From the NCBI GenBank assembly GCA_963729625.1, contig CAVSOU010000010.1, positions 896,001-960,000 of the forward strand: a stretch of DNA of 64,000 nucleotides, read 5' to 3'. Positions 1-9,889 of the stretch are shown in pieces (position 1 is the first letter of the stretch; every line of letters begins with the position of its first letter). The stretch comes from an uncultured bacterium (GTDB lineage Bacteria; Chloroflexota; UBA5177; JANWHV01). Position numbers and translations under genes: made by a program. A model generated the notes under the pieces. That model worked only from the letters and a program-made list of their open reading frames with translations, made no database searches and was not told where the DNA came from.

Positions 1-117
1 ACCCGGAGGACCCCTGCCATCGCGGCATGCCGTACCATGAAGCTCCGGGGCCGCGCGACCAGTCCGGGCCGAGCACCGCAAGGACCCGGACCCTTCAATC
101 GGGCCGCATCCGGAGGG

Positions 118-621
118 CTACGTGGGTGACTTTCGCTCGCGCCGCGTTGCTTCCTGCTGCTTTCGCAAACGCGTCTTCATCTCTTCGATCTGCCGTTCTA
201 TCTCGTCCGCCTTGCGCAATGCGTCGTCGAACGATTGCTGGGCATCGGCGGCAGCTTTGTGGGCTCGGTCGGAATCTTCCTGCCAGGCGCGTCCGTCGGT
301 CGGTGTGCCGGGCGGATGGGCTCCGCTCGTGCGCTGGCGGTCCACATATGCTTGTCGCCCGTCGGCGGGCGCCGGACAGTGGACACACAGACTTCCCTGC
401 TTCGATCGCTCGTAGCAATCCGGGCACAAATGGGACCGGCAGCGGACGCAACGATCGGCGCAGTGAGAGCATACGGCCTTGCCGCAGTTTGGCAGTCCAT
501 CGTCGTGCGCGCCGCCACACACGAGTGTTGTAGACGTGGATCGCGAACAGTTATTGCAGCGCCACAAACCCTCGGTCGTGATAGTCACGCCTCCGATCTT
601 TGGCTTCGCTACGCCTGCCAT
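118..621 (-). CDS. Cys-rich (B-box/zinc-finger-like) protein with C-terminal coiled coil
   Basis: CNNC, CSHC, CVRC, CPDC, CVHC plus two extra Cys; heptad-like acidic/basic tail; AGGAGG SD upstream of ATG. Confidence 0.6.
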   Translation of the reverse strand: MAGVAKPKIGGVTITTEGLWRCNNCSRSTSTTLVCGGAHDDGLPNCGKAVCSHCADRCVRCRSHLCPDCYERSKQGSLCVHCPAPADGRQAYVDRQRTSGAHPPGTPTDGRAWQEDSDRAHKAAADAQQSFDDALRKADEIERQIEEMKTRLRKQQEATRRERKSPT

Positions 622-847
622 CCGCGCGCCCTCCTGTCGTCAACCAGCGGTCCTACCGGAATTATGCCCCAGCCTGAGTCACAATGAAAGGCCGACGTGC
701 GGTAAGCCGGCGAACGGCCTGTAATCGGTCATCTGTCCCTGAGGGGCCATGCCCTCGCCACTGCGACTCGTCTGCAACGGTCTGCTCTGCTCCCCTGTCA
801 CTGTCGGCTCCGCCTGCGTCAGGCGCGGAGCGCGAGTGCCACACCTC

Positions 848-876
848 TTGCAAGAGATGAAGCCACGTGCTAGAAT
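848..876 (+). promoter_or_regulatory. sigma70-type promoter for sugar ABC operon
   Basis: TTGCAA-17 bp-TAGAAT. Confidence 0.55.
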
Positions 877-1202
877 AGCAGACGCGCTGGGACTTACACC
901 GGTGTATTGAACGGGAGAGGCGGCTTCGCGGCCGGTCCTACGGTAGCACGGGTTCGCTCTCGGCCTCGATCGCGATTCCTCACCGGTTTACCTCAGTACG
1001 GGTCTCATTCGTTCTAGGCACGCACACCTGAATGGAAGGAGGGTGACAGCCTTTCGCCTGACCGGCATCCACAAACCAACCCCGAAGCGACCAGAGGGAG
1101 CGATGGCGCGTCTCATGCCGTTTCCGGACCGCGACTGGCAGGTACTGCGCGTTTCGGCCGATGAAGTCCATTGCTCGCTACGTAAGGCATAAGGAGAAAA
1201 AG

Positions 1203-2555
1203 TTGAAGTCCAGAACTCTTCTCATATCAGCGCTCCTGACCACTGCCACGGTGCTCTCGATGACCCCAGCCCTGCCGACCAGCGTGCATGCCGCCACCAG
1301 GGTCGCGGACGCTACCCTGAATGCCCCGCCTGTGCCCAACGCGGCCGCACTGAAAGCCAAGTATGGCGGCCAGAGCATCACGTACGTCGGCGGCTCGGTT
1401 GGCAGCGACCACAACCGCGACCTCATCCTCGCCGCGGAATTCACCAAGGATACGGGCATCGGCGTCAACATCGTCGAGGGCGCTGCTTCCTCCACCGATC
1501 ACTACTCTCAACTCGTGCGCGACTTCCAGGGTCACTCCAGCGCCTTTGACGTGATGGTGATCGACGTGATCTGGCCGGGCGCCTTCGCCCCCTATCTGGT
1601 CGACCTCAAGCCCTATTTCAGCAGTGCGGAGATCGCACGACAGGCGCCGGGTATCGTCGCCAACGATACGGTCGGCGGCCACCTGGTAGCCATGCCATGG
1701 TTCGGCGATTTCGGCATCCTCTACTATCGCACCGACCTGCTCAAGAAGTACGGCTTCAGCGCGCCGCCCACGACCTGGGACCAGCTCACGAGCATGGCCA
1801 CGACGATCGCGGCGGGCGAGCGCAAGTCCAACGCGAACTTCTCCGGTTTCGTCTTCCAGGGTGATTCGTACGAGGGCCTGACCTGTGACGCCCTCGAATG
1901 GCTGGCCTCCAGCGGCACGCCCGGCTTCATCGTGAACGGCAAGGCGGATCTGAACAACCCCTCCTTCATCAAGATGCTCAGCCTGGTCAAGAGCTGGGTG
2001 GGCACGATCAGCCCGCGCGGCGTCACCAGCATGGAGGAGGAAGGGGCTCGCAATATCTTCGACTCCGGAAACGCGGCGTTCATGCGCAACTGGCCGTATG
2101 CGTACGCCCTGTCCGCGGCCAAGGGCAGCAAGATCGCCGGCAAGTTCGACGTCACCACGCTGCCTGCCGAAACGGGGAGCAAGCCGGTGGGCACCGTCGG
2201 CGGCTGGCAGCTGGCCGTGTCCAAGTACTCCAAGAACATCCCCGCATCCGTGGAGTTCGTGCGCTACATGACCAGCCCGGCAGTGGAAAAGTTCGATGCC
2301 CTCTTCGCCAGCTACGTGCCAACCATCGCCTCCGTAGCCAGCGATCCCGTGGTTCGGGCAGCCAACCCATACCTCAAGCCGCAGATCGCCAACGTGATGC
2401 GCGTGGCGCGACCTGCCGGTCTGCTGGGCATCAACTACCAGCAGGCTTCCACGGACATCTACCAGGGCATCAATTCGGTCCTCAACGGGTCGAATCCTGC
2501 TTCAGTCTTGCCGGGGGTCGACAGCAAGCTGAACGCCTTGATGGCGAAACATTAG
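1203..2555 (+). CDS. Trehalose/maltose-type ABC transporter substrate-binding protein
   Basis: Signal peptide, DVIW, FQGDSYEGLTCDALEW, FMRNWPYAY motifs; AAGGAG SD before TTG at 1203 (ORF track starts 1161). Confidence 0.9.
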   Translation: MKSRTLLISALLTTATVLSMTPALPTSVHAATRVADATLNAPPVPNAAALKAKYGGQSITYVGGSVGSDHNRDLILAAEFTKDTGIGVNIVEGAASSTDHYSQLVRDFQGHSSAFDVMVIDVIWPGAFAPYLVDLKPYFSSAEIARQAPGIVANDTVGGHLVAMPWFGDFGILYYRTDLLKKYGFSAPPTTWDQLTSMATTIAAGERKSNANFSGFVFQGDSYEGLTCDALEWLASSGTPGFIVNGKADLNNPSFIKMLSLVKSWVGTISPRGVTSMEEEGARNIFDSGNAAFMRNWPYAYALSAAKGSKIAGKFDVTTLPAETGSKPVGTVGGWQLAVSKYSKNIPASVEFVRYMTSPAVEKFDALFASYVPTIASVASDPVVRAANPYLKPQIANVMRVARPAGLLGINYQQASTDIYQGINSVLNGSNPASVLPGVDSKLNALMAKH

Positions 2556-2593
2556 TCCGAAGGCTCTGAGTATCTAGCGGTCCAGGTTGAATC

Positions 2594-2625
2594 GCCGGGG
2601 CTGGAAGGCACCTTCCAGTCCCGGC
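2594..2625 (+). terminator. Strong intercistronic stem-loop after SBP gene (no U tract)
   Basis: GCCGGGGCTGGAAGG-CA-CCTTCCAGTCCCGGC. Confidence 0.5.
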
Positions 2626-2642
2626 CAGTGGTCGGAGGGGAG

Positions 2643-3587
2643 ATGAACGAGCAGATCGGCCTGCCGGCCGGCATGAAGAAGCGCCGCGGCGGGTTCACCC
2701 TTCAGCAGCGACAGGTACGGCTGGCCTGGCTGATGCTTGTCCCGGCCCTATTGGTCCTGGTGTGTGTGGCCCTGTACCCGCTGATCCGCACCATCTACAG
2801 CAGCTTCACCAACGAGCAGTTCCTTGGCAGCGGCACCAAGTTCGTGGGATTCGAGAACTACTACAACATCTTCACGAACAACGTCAACGGCGGTTTTCCC
2901 GATTTCTTCTCCGCTATCGGCTTGACGCTCAAGTTTGCCGTCTGGTCCGTGGTTCTGGAGTTCTTCATCGGGCTCGGCATCGCCCTGGTGCTCAACTCTC
3001 GCTTCCAGGGCCGGGGCGCTATGCGCGCCGCCATGTTGGTGCCGTGGGCGATCCCCACAGTTGTATCTTCCCAGATGTGGAAGTGGATGCTCGACGACAC
3101 GTTCGGCGTGGTGAACGATTTTCTGGCCAAAATCCACGTGCTCAAGGCGCCCGGCCAAGCCTGGCTCGAAGACCCCAGTACGGCGCTGGCCTCCACCATA
3201 GCCGTGGACGTCTGGAAGACCACGCCGTTCGTGGCCCTGCTGCTGCTGGCCGGCCTGCAGGTCATCCCTACCGACATTTACGAGGCCGCCGCGGTCGACG
3301 GTGCCACCGGGTTCCAGAAGCTCTGGCGGATCACACTGCCGTTGCTGCGGCCGGCAATCGCCGTGACGCTCATCTTCCGCACGCTGGACGCAATTCGCGT
3401 GTTCGACATCTTCAACGTATTCTTCGGCAACCGCGCAGACACGCAGACCATGGCCACGACCATTCAGAATGAGATCGTGACCAGCAACCAGGTTGGTTAT
3501 GGCGCCGCCTTGAGCGTCGTCATGTTCGTGATCATCGCGGTCTTCGTCGTGCTTTATACGAGTGTATTCAAGGTGGAGCAGCAATGA
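2643..3587 (+). CDS. Carbohydrate ABC transporter permease (MalF-type)
   Basis: TM helices, WKTTPF and EAAAVDGA EAA motif; GGAGG SD before ATG 2643. Confidence 0.9.
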   Translation: MNEQIGLPAGMKKRRGGFTLQQRQVRLAWLMLVPALLVLVCVALYPLIRTIYSSFTNEQFLGSGTKFVGFENYYNIFTNNVNGGFPDFFSAIGLTLKFAVWSVVLEFFIGLGIALVLNSRFQGRGAMRAAMLVPWAIPTVVSSQMWKWMLDDTFGVVNDFLAKIHVLKAPGQAWLEDPSTALASTIAVDVWKTTPFVALLLLAGLQVIPTDIYEAAAVDGATGFQKLWRITLPLLRPAIAVTLIFRTLDAIRVFDIFNVFFGNRADTQTMATTIQNEIVTSNQVGYGAALSVVMFVIIAVFVVLYTSVFKVEQQ

Positions 3588-4483
3588 GCGTCAATGCAAT
3601 CCCGCGGTCTGCCCGCGCCGCTACGCCGCTCTTGAAAGGCGGCGCCCCGCGCCAAAACCTCGTATTGCGGGGCCTGTTCTACCTGGTGATCGTCGTGATC
3701 GCCTTCTACATGCTGTTCCCGTTCTACTGGGCAATTCGCTCTGCGCTGACCAAGGAGACCGACCTCTTCCTCACTCCCGTGCAGTACTTCCCCAGCAGCC
3801 CCACGTTGGACAACTTCAATAGCGCCTTGACCGGCGGCGTGCTGAAGCCCGCACTGGTCAATTCTGCCATCGTCGCCTGCTCGGTGACCCTGCTGTCGCT
3901 GGCGGTCGGCTCCTCCGCTGCCTACGCCCTGGGGCGTCTGAAGTTCCGCGGCCGCACCGTGATGATGTACGTCATCCTCTCCATGACCATCTTCCCCCAG
4001 ATTGCCATCCTGGGCGCGCTGTATACCGCGTTCAGCAACTTCGGCATGATCAACACGTCGTGGTCGCTGATCATCTCGTACCTGATTTTCACGCTGCCCT
4101 TTACCGTGTGGGTGCTGCAGAGCTTCTTCCGCACCATGCCGAAGGAGCTCGAGGAGTCAGCCTATGTGGATGGCGCGTCTCCGTTCCGGACGTTCTGGTC
4201 GATCATGCTGCCACTGGCGGCGCCCGGACTGGTCACCACCGGGTTGCTGGCCTTCATCAATGCCTGGAACGAGTACCTCTACGCGGTGTCGTTCCTGCAG
4301 ACATCCGACCACTATACGGTTCCCGTGACCATTGCCGCCTGGCCGGGCAATAGCCAGTACGCGCGCCCCTGGGGAGACATCATGGCGGCCACCGTGGTCG
4401 TGACGGTACCGCTGATCATCCTGGTCCTGATATTCCAGCGCCGCCTGGTGGCCGGTCTGACCGCCGGCGCGGTCAAGGGATAG
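3584..4483 (+). CDS. Carbohydrate ABC transporter permease (MalG-type)
   Basis: ELEESAYVDGAS, AWNEY, GLTAGAVKG C-terminus; ATGA overlap. Confidence 0.92.
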   Translation: MSVNAIPRSARAATPLLKGGAPRQNLVLRGLFYLVIVVIAFYMLFPFYWAIRSALTKETDLFLTPVQYFPSSPTLDNFNSALTGGVLKPALVNSAIVACSVTLLSLAVGSSAAYALGRLKFRGRTVMMYVILSMTIFPQIAILGALYTAFSNFGMINTSWSLIISYLIFTLPFTVWVLQSFFRTMPKELEESAYVDGASPFRTFWSIMLPLAAPGLVTTGLLAFINAWNEYLYAVSFLQTSDHYTVPVTIAAWPGNSQYARPWGDIMAATVVVTVPLIILVLIFQRRLVAGLTAGAVKG

Positions 4484-4537
4484 GCGCCTGGCGAATGACC
4501 TGATTCACTGCGCACCGCATCTTGTAGGTAGAGAATA

Positions 4538-6958
4538 ATGAGCAGCGATGCCCAGGAAGGCAGGGAGTATCTGCACCCTGTCGAGCCCTGGAGGTTGACT
4601 GAACGCGCGTTCGATGCCGGCGCCAGCGTGCTCAACGAGACCCTGTTCGCGCTGGGCAACGGGTACGTTGGGCTGCGCGGCGCGCACGAAGAAGCATTCG
4701 CCGGCCACGGGTATCGTTCGTTGGACGGGACGTACCTCAACGGTTTCTACGAGTCGGACGACATTCAGTATCCTGAACCGGCCTTCGGCCTGGCGCGGCA
4801 TCACCAGTTCATGCTCAACGTGCCAAACGCCAAGGGCATTCGGCTGTACGTGGACGGCGAGCTCTTTAGCCTGCTGCGCGGCACGATCGAGCGGTACGAG
4901 CGGTGGATCGACTTCCGGGAAGGAGTACTGCACCGCTCGATCGTCTGGAAGTCTCCCAGCGGCAGGCGAGTGACGATCGCCAGCAGGCGGCTCGTCTGCT
5001 TCACGCACAAACATCTCTTCGCACTCGACTATGAGGTGCGCCCACTCGATGGGTCCGCCAGCGTTCGACTGGTATCCGTGCTCGACGGCCAGGTCAGCAA
5101 CCTGGAGACAGCAGACGACCCCAGGGTTGGCACCGCCGTGTCCGGGCCTAGGCTCCAGCTCGAAGACGTGCACCTCACCGCTGATCTCATGACCCTTACC
5201 CATCGCACCCAACACAGCGGGTTCGTACTGGTGAGCGGGGTTCACACCGATTTTGTGCACGATAGCTCCGGCACGCCGGCACGAGACGTTGAACGCAGCG
5301 ACCAGCGGCTGGAACAGCGCTTCACCGTCGACCTTCGGGCCGGCCAAGCCGCGCGGCTGACCAAGCTCGGCGTCTATTGCACCTCCCGTGACTTCGCCGA
5401 GGATCGGGTCATGGAGGAGGCTCAGTTGGCCCTGCTGGTAGGTCACCGCACCGGTTTTGATGTCCTCTGCGAGGAGCAAAGAAGCTTTCTGGCGGAGTTC
5501 TGGCGCTGCGCGGAGGTCGAGATCGCCGGGGATGATTCCCTCCAGCAGGGCATCCACTTCAATCAGTTTCACCTTCTCCAGTCTGTCGGACGGGACGGCA
5601 AGACGAACATCGCGGCCAAGGGCGTGACCGGCGAGGGCTACGCGGGTCACTATTTCTGGGATTCGGAGACGTACGTCTTCCCGTTTTTCCTGTTCACGAA
5701 GCCGGAGATCGCGCGCTGCCTTCTGCAGTTCCGCTACGAGGGACTTGGGCAGGCTCGCGACCGTGCCTGCGAGCTCTCCCGCGCCTGCAGACCCGCGGCC
5801 GGTGCGGGTGGTCCGGATCCGGCGACGGGAGCGCTTTACCCCTGGCGCACTATCGGCGGTGAGGAGTGCTCGGCATACTTCCCCGCAGGAACCGCCCAGT
5901 ACCACATCAACGCCGACATCGCCTACTCGATCAAGTTGTATGAGGAGGCCACGGGCGACACGGATCTTGTCTATTCCCGTGGCGCCGAGGTCGTCCTGCA
6001 GACCGCCAGAATCTGGATGGAAATTGGCTGCTACGTCGAGCGGCGCGGCGGCCACTTTTGCATCCACGAAGTGACCGGCCCCGACGAGTACAAGGCGCTG
6101 GTCAACAACAATTACTACACGAACGCGATGGCGAAGATGCACCTGCAGTACGCCGCGGACCTGGCGACCCGGATGGTCGGGGCAGAGCCACGAGCGTTCC
6201 AGGACCTGGCCGAGCGAATCCGGCTCCGTCCCGACGAGCCCGGCGAGTGGCGCCGCGCAGCCGAGCTGATGTATCTGCCGTATGACGACAAGTTGCGCAT
6301 CCACCCGCAGGACGATAGCTTCCTCTTCAAGGAGAAATGGGACTTTGCTAAAGCCCATCAGGGTTCAGGTCCTCTGCTCATGCACTTCCACCCGCTCGTC
6401 ATCTACCGTTACCAGATATGCAAGCAGGCAGACGTCGTACTGGCGCTCCTCCTCCTCGGGCATTGGTTCGATCCCGACGACAAACGGCGAGATTTCGACT
6501 ACTATGAAGCCGTAACGACGCACGATTCGTCTCTTTCCGGCTGCATATTCGGCATTATCGCCGCCGAAGTCGGCTACCGCGAGAAAGCCTACAAATACTT
6601 CATGGAGACGGCGCGCCTGGACCTTGACGACACGCACGGCAACACCGAGACCGGAGTGCACACCGCGGCGATGGCCGGGACGTGGATGGGCGTGGTATAC
6701 GGATTCGCCGGCATGCGCTTACAGGACGGCCGGCTGCGATTCGCGCCCTACCTTCCCGGCAAGTGGACGCGGTACCAGTTCAAGATTCGCTTCCTCGGAA
6801 GGCTCTTGCAGGTGCGTGTCGACGAGCACCATGCGACGTACTCACTGCTCGAGGGCAATGCGATCGAATTTCAGCATCGCGACCGGGCGATACGACTCTC
6901 CTCCGGCGACTCGGCCGAAGTGGCGGTCGACGCGCAGGTTTTGCATGAACGTGCATAG
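4538..6958 (+). CDS. Glycoside hydrolase family 65 (maltose/trehalose/kojibiose phosphorylase)
   Basis: GNGYVGLRG, GHYFWD, VTGPDEY, KQADV, HDSSLS motifs. Confidence 0.93.
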   Translation: MSSDAQEGREYLHPVEPWRLTERAFDAGASVLNETLFALGNGYVGLRGAHEEAFAGHGYRSLDGTYLNGFYESDDIQYPEPAFGLARHHQFMLNVPNAKGIRLYVDGELFSLLRGTIERYERWIDFREGVLHRSIVWKSPSGRRVTIASRRLVCFTHKHLFALDYEVRPLDGSASVRLVSVLDGQVSNLETADDPRVGTAVSGPRLQLEDVHLTADLMTLTHRTQHSGFVLVSGVHTDFVHDSSGTPARDVERSDQRLEQRFTVDLRAGQAARLTKLGVYCTSRDFAEDRVMEEAQLALLVGHRTGFDVLCEEQRSFLAEFWRCAEVEIAGDDSLQQGIHFNQFHLLQSVGRDGKTNIAAKGVTGEGYAGHYFWDSETYVFPFFLFTKPEIARCLLQFRYEGLGQARDRACELSRACRPAAGAGGPDPATGALYPWRTIGGEECSAYFPAGTAQYHINADIAYSIKLYEEATGDTDLVYSRGAEVVLQTARIWMEIGCYVERRGGHFCIHEVTGPDEYKALVNNNYYTNAMAKMHLQYAADLATRMVGAEPRAFQDLAERIRLRPDEPGEWRRAAELMYLPYDDKLRIHPQDDSFLFKEKWDFAKAHQGSGPLLMHFHPLVIYRYQICKQADVVLALLLLGHWFDPDDKRRDFDYYEAVTTHDSSLSGCIFGIIAAEVGYREKAYKYFMETARLDLDDTHGNTETGVHTAAMAGTWMGVVYGFAGMRLQDGRLRFAPYLPGKWTRYQFKIRFLGRLLQVRVDEHHATYSLLEGNAIEFQHRDRAIRLSSGDSAEVAVDAQVLHERA

Positions 6959-7016
6959 GGAGCGACGAGGGCAACGACTGGCCGCAAGCACCACGCTCGT
7001 GCGTGCAACGAGAGGG

Positions 7017-7709
7017 ATGACGGTGCCTAAGCAACGGGACTATCGAGCGGTCATCTTTGACCTCGATGGCGTGATCACCGATACAGCACGCTACCATTTC
7101 CTTGGCTGGAAGAGGCTGGCAGAGCGTGAGGGGATCCCGTTCGATGAGCAGTTCAACGAACGATTGAAGGGCGTGGACCGTATGGGCTCGCTCGACCTGA
7201 TACTCGCCCAGTCCGCCAAACAGTATTCCGCGACCGAAAGACTCGCGTTGGCGGACGAGAAGAACGAGTACTACAGACAATTGATCGCCTCCATGACACC
7301 GGTCGATCTTCTTCCGGGCGCGCTGAATGCGCTGACATCGGTCCATGCCGCCGGCCTCAAGGTCGGCCTGGCCTCCGTGAGCAAGAACGCTCCCACGGTG
7401 CTCGATCGACTGGGAATTGCCACACTCTTCGATTACGTCGTGGACGCCCGAACCGTGGCCAAGGGCAAGCCCGACCCGGAGATCTTCTTGCAGGCCGCAG
7501 ACCGCCTGGGTGTGCCGCCTGCTCTGAGCATCGGCGTGGAGGATGCCATCGCAGGCGTGCAGGCGATCAAGGCGGCCGGAATGTACGCCGTCGGCATTGG
7601 CGACCCGGCAGTGCTCCGGCAGGCCGACTTCGTCCTTCCCGGTCTCCAGGACTTCCGCATCGCCGACGTTCTGGACAAAGCAGAGCGTCGGGCCATTGAG
7701 CGCAAGTGA
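7017..7709 (+). CDS. pgmB: Beta-phosphoglucomutase (HAD superfamily)
   Basis: FDLDGVITDTA, LKGVDR, KPDPEIF, GVEDA; follows GH65; start moved to ATG 7017. Confidence 0.9.
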   Translation: MTVPKQRDYRAVIFDLDGVITDTARYHFLGWKRLAEREGIPFDEQFNERLKGVDRMGSLDLILAQSAKQYSATERLALADEKNEYYRQLIASMTPVDLLPGALNALTSVHAAGLKVGLASVSKNAPTVLDRLGIATLFDYVVDARTVAKGKPDPEIFLQAADRLGVPPALSIGVEDAIAGVQAIKAAGMYAVGIGDPAVLRQADFVLPGLQDFRIADVLDKAERRAIERK

Positions 7710-7764
7710 CGATGCTCCTCGAGCGCCCTAACCATGCCGTGAACTGCGCCGAGCCGCCGGACAA

Positions 7765-8382
7765 TCAACCGTCGCTTGTATGCGCGGGCCCTGAATCGCG
7801 CCCGACATTGCCTGGGGCACTGCGACGGCTCACCTCCCACTCGACGGCAAGCATGGCATAGACGTACTCGTCGCCCCAAGCGCCCTTGAAGCATTCGTTT
7901 TGGCGAAAATACGCCTCGCGCCGCATTCCCAGGCGCTCCATCAACCGCGCTGATGCTGCATTTCGCGCGTCGCAGCGCCCGACAATCCGGTGCAGCCCCA
8001 GCTCTGAGAACCCCAACCGCAATACCTCAGCAGCCGCCTCGCGCCCGTACCCACGTCCGTGATGCTCTGGATCGAGGACGAAGCCAATCTCCCCCTGCTG
8101 ATGTTGCGCGCTGAGCCACAGGAGGCTTACATCCCCTATCATGGCGCCGGAGTCGCGCCGGTCAATCGCCAGAAACAACCGGTCGCCTTCTCTCTCCAGC
8201 GTCGGATGCTGTGCTCTTCCCGCGAGAATGTCGCGGACCTCGGCACGGGTGCGCGGCTCTCCATAGAGATACCTCATCACCTCCGGCCGGCATTGGATCG
8301 CGTAGAGCGCGTCCAGGTCGTCGAGTGTGAACGGGCGAAGACGCAGTCGTGCAGTCTCAATAGGATATTCCGGTCGCAGCAT
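7765..8382 (-). CDS. GNAT N-acetyltransferase (RimJ/RimL family)
   Basis: ETARLRLRPF, GRGYGREA, NAASARLMERLGM. Confidence 0.88.
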   Translation of the reverse strand: MLRPEYPIETARLRLRPFTLDDLDALYAIQCRPEVMRYLYGEPRTRAEVRDILAGRAQHPTLEREGDRLFLAIDRRDSGAMIGDVSLLWLSAQHQQGEIGFVLDPEHHGRGYGREAAAEVLRLGFSELGLHRIVGRCDARNAASARLMERLGMRREAYFRQNECFKGAWGDEYVYAMLAVEWEVSRRSAPGNVGRDSGPAHTSDG

Positions 8383-8398
8383 GATGAACGCCTTCGGG

Positions 8399-9889
8399 CT
8401 ATATCTGGGGCAGTTCGAGCACCACTCCGCTCCGAGCCGGTACCTGCAGCCTGAGCCGGAGACCGCTCGAGGTCAGAATGTCGGCAGTGCCGAAGCTCAC
8501 GCGCGGAGCCCCGGACGATCCGGGCAGGGCCGCCACGGGAACGTCGACGATCTGTGCCGCGTCGCCCACGTTCAGCGCCACGACCATGGCGGGCTTTCCA
8601 CGACCGGTGTCTTGGCCAGGCAAGCGGGCAAACGCGTAGGTTGTGTCGCCAGCGGCCAGCGGAAGATACTTGCCCGTACGCAGCGCTTCGTGCTCGTGGC
8701 GTAGTTTGATGACATCCCTTGTAGCCTGTAACAGTGACCTATCCCAGGTTTGCGGCTGATCCCATGGAAAGGCCCGTCGCGCCAAAGCATCGCTCGGTCC
8801 TCCGGTCAGCCCTATCTCATCGCCATAGTATATCGAGGGCGCGCCGGGGTAGGTGCACAGCAAGAGCAGCGCGAGCTTCAGGCTCTGCACGTCGCCATTC
8901 GCCAGAGTCATGAACCGAGACGTGTCGTGACTGCCGAGCAGATTGTACTGCACGAGCTGGGTCGGCCACGGATAGGTGGCAAGCAGCGTATCGATCCTGC
9001 TTGCATACTCGACACCGGTCAGAGGCGGATACGGGCGATAGCCCCGCTCACCAACCATTTCCGGGCGTACTCGCGAGCCAGCAGTGAAAGCAATGACTGC
9101 CTCGGTAAACGGATAGTTCATGGTCGCGTCGAAAGTGTCCCCTCGGAGATGTTCCGGTACCATGTGCCAGATCTCCGCCACGATGTATGCTTCGGGGTTG
9201 ATCCGCCTGATCCTTTGCCGAAACTCCTGCCAGAAACCCGATGCGGAGATCTCGAGCGGCACGTCCAGCCGCCAGCCGTCGATGCCTCTGCGCATCCAAT
9301 ATTCGCCTACCTGCATCAGGTATTCCCGCACTCTTGGGTTGTCAGTATTCAGCTTGGGAAGGGCATGCAGCCCGTACCACGCCACATAGCCGGGAGGCCG
9401 GCTCGGGTCATACGCGTTGGGAGGATAGCCTTCAAACGTGAACCAATCCAACCACGGGGACGCCGCACCGTTCTCGAGCACGTCGTTGAATCGGAAGAAA
9501 CCCCGGCTGGCATGGTTGAAAACGCCGTCGAGCACGATCCTCAGGCCCCGCCGTTTGCATGCGCGCACAAGCGCCTCGAATGCCTCGTCGCCGCCCAGCA
9601 GCGGATCGATCCGATAGTAGTCGTGGGTGTGATAGCGGTGATTTGACGCCGACTGGAAAACAGGGTTGAAGTAGAGCGCGGTAACGCCGAGATCGAGCAG
9701 GTAGTCGAGCTTCTCGATCACGCCATACAGGTCGCCGCCCTTGTAGCCGTGTGTGCTGGGCTCGCTCTCCCAGGATTCGAGACTGGTCGGTTTCTCCAGC
9801 AGTGCGCTCTTGGCGAAGCGATCTGGGAAGATCTGATAGAAGACGGCGTGCTTGACCCAATCGAGCGTTTCATCGTCCTTCATGTTCAC
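8399..9889 (-). CDS. GH13 alpha-amylase family (cyclomaltodextrinase/neopullulanase-like)
   Basis: FYQIFPDRF, LDGVFNH, DGWRLDV, EIW, GSHDT, YYGDEIG. Confidence 0.92.
   Translation of the reverse strand: MNMKDDETLDWVKHAVFYQIFPDRFAKSALLEKPTSLESWESEPSTHGYKGGDLYGVIEKLDYLLDLGVTALYFNPVFQSASNHRYHTHDYYRIDPLLGGDEAFEALVRACKRRGLRIVLDGVFNHASRGFFRFNDVLENGAASPWLDWFTFEGYPPNAYDPSRPPGYVAWYGLHALPKLNTDNPRVREYLMQVGEYWMRRGIDGWRLDVPLEISASGFWQEFRQRIRRINPEAYIVAEIWHMVPEHLRGDTFDATMNYPFTEAVIAFTAGSRVRPEMVGERGYRPYPPLTGVEYASRIDTLLATYPWPTQLVQYNLLGSHDTSRFMTLANGDVQSLKLALLLLCTYPGAPSIYYGDEIGLTGGPSDALARRAFPWDQPQTWDRSLLQATRDVIKLRHEHEALRTGKYLPLAAGDTTYAFARLPGQDTGRGKPAMVVALNVGDAAQIVDVPVAALPGSSGAPRVSFGTADILTSSGLRLRLQVPARSGVVLELPQI

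Noticed and set aside
4505-6358. 617 aa minus-strand ORF and other long antisense or alternate-frame ORFs (e.g. 47752-49128, 2748-3584)
   Set aside because: Shadow ORFs of well-supported genes in high-GC DNA; no motifs of their own.
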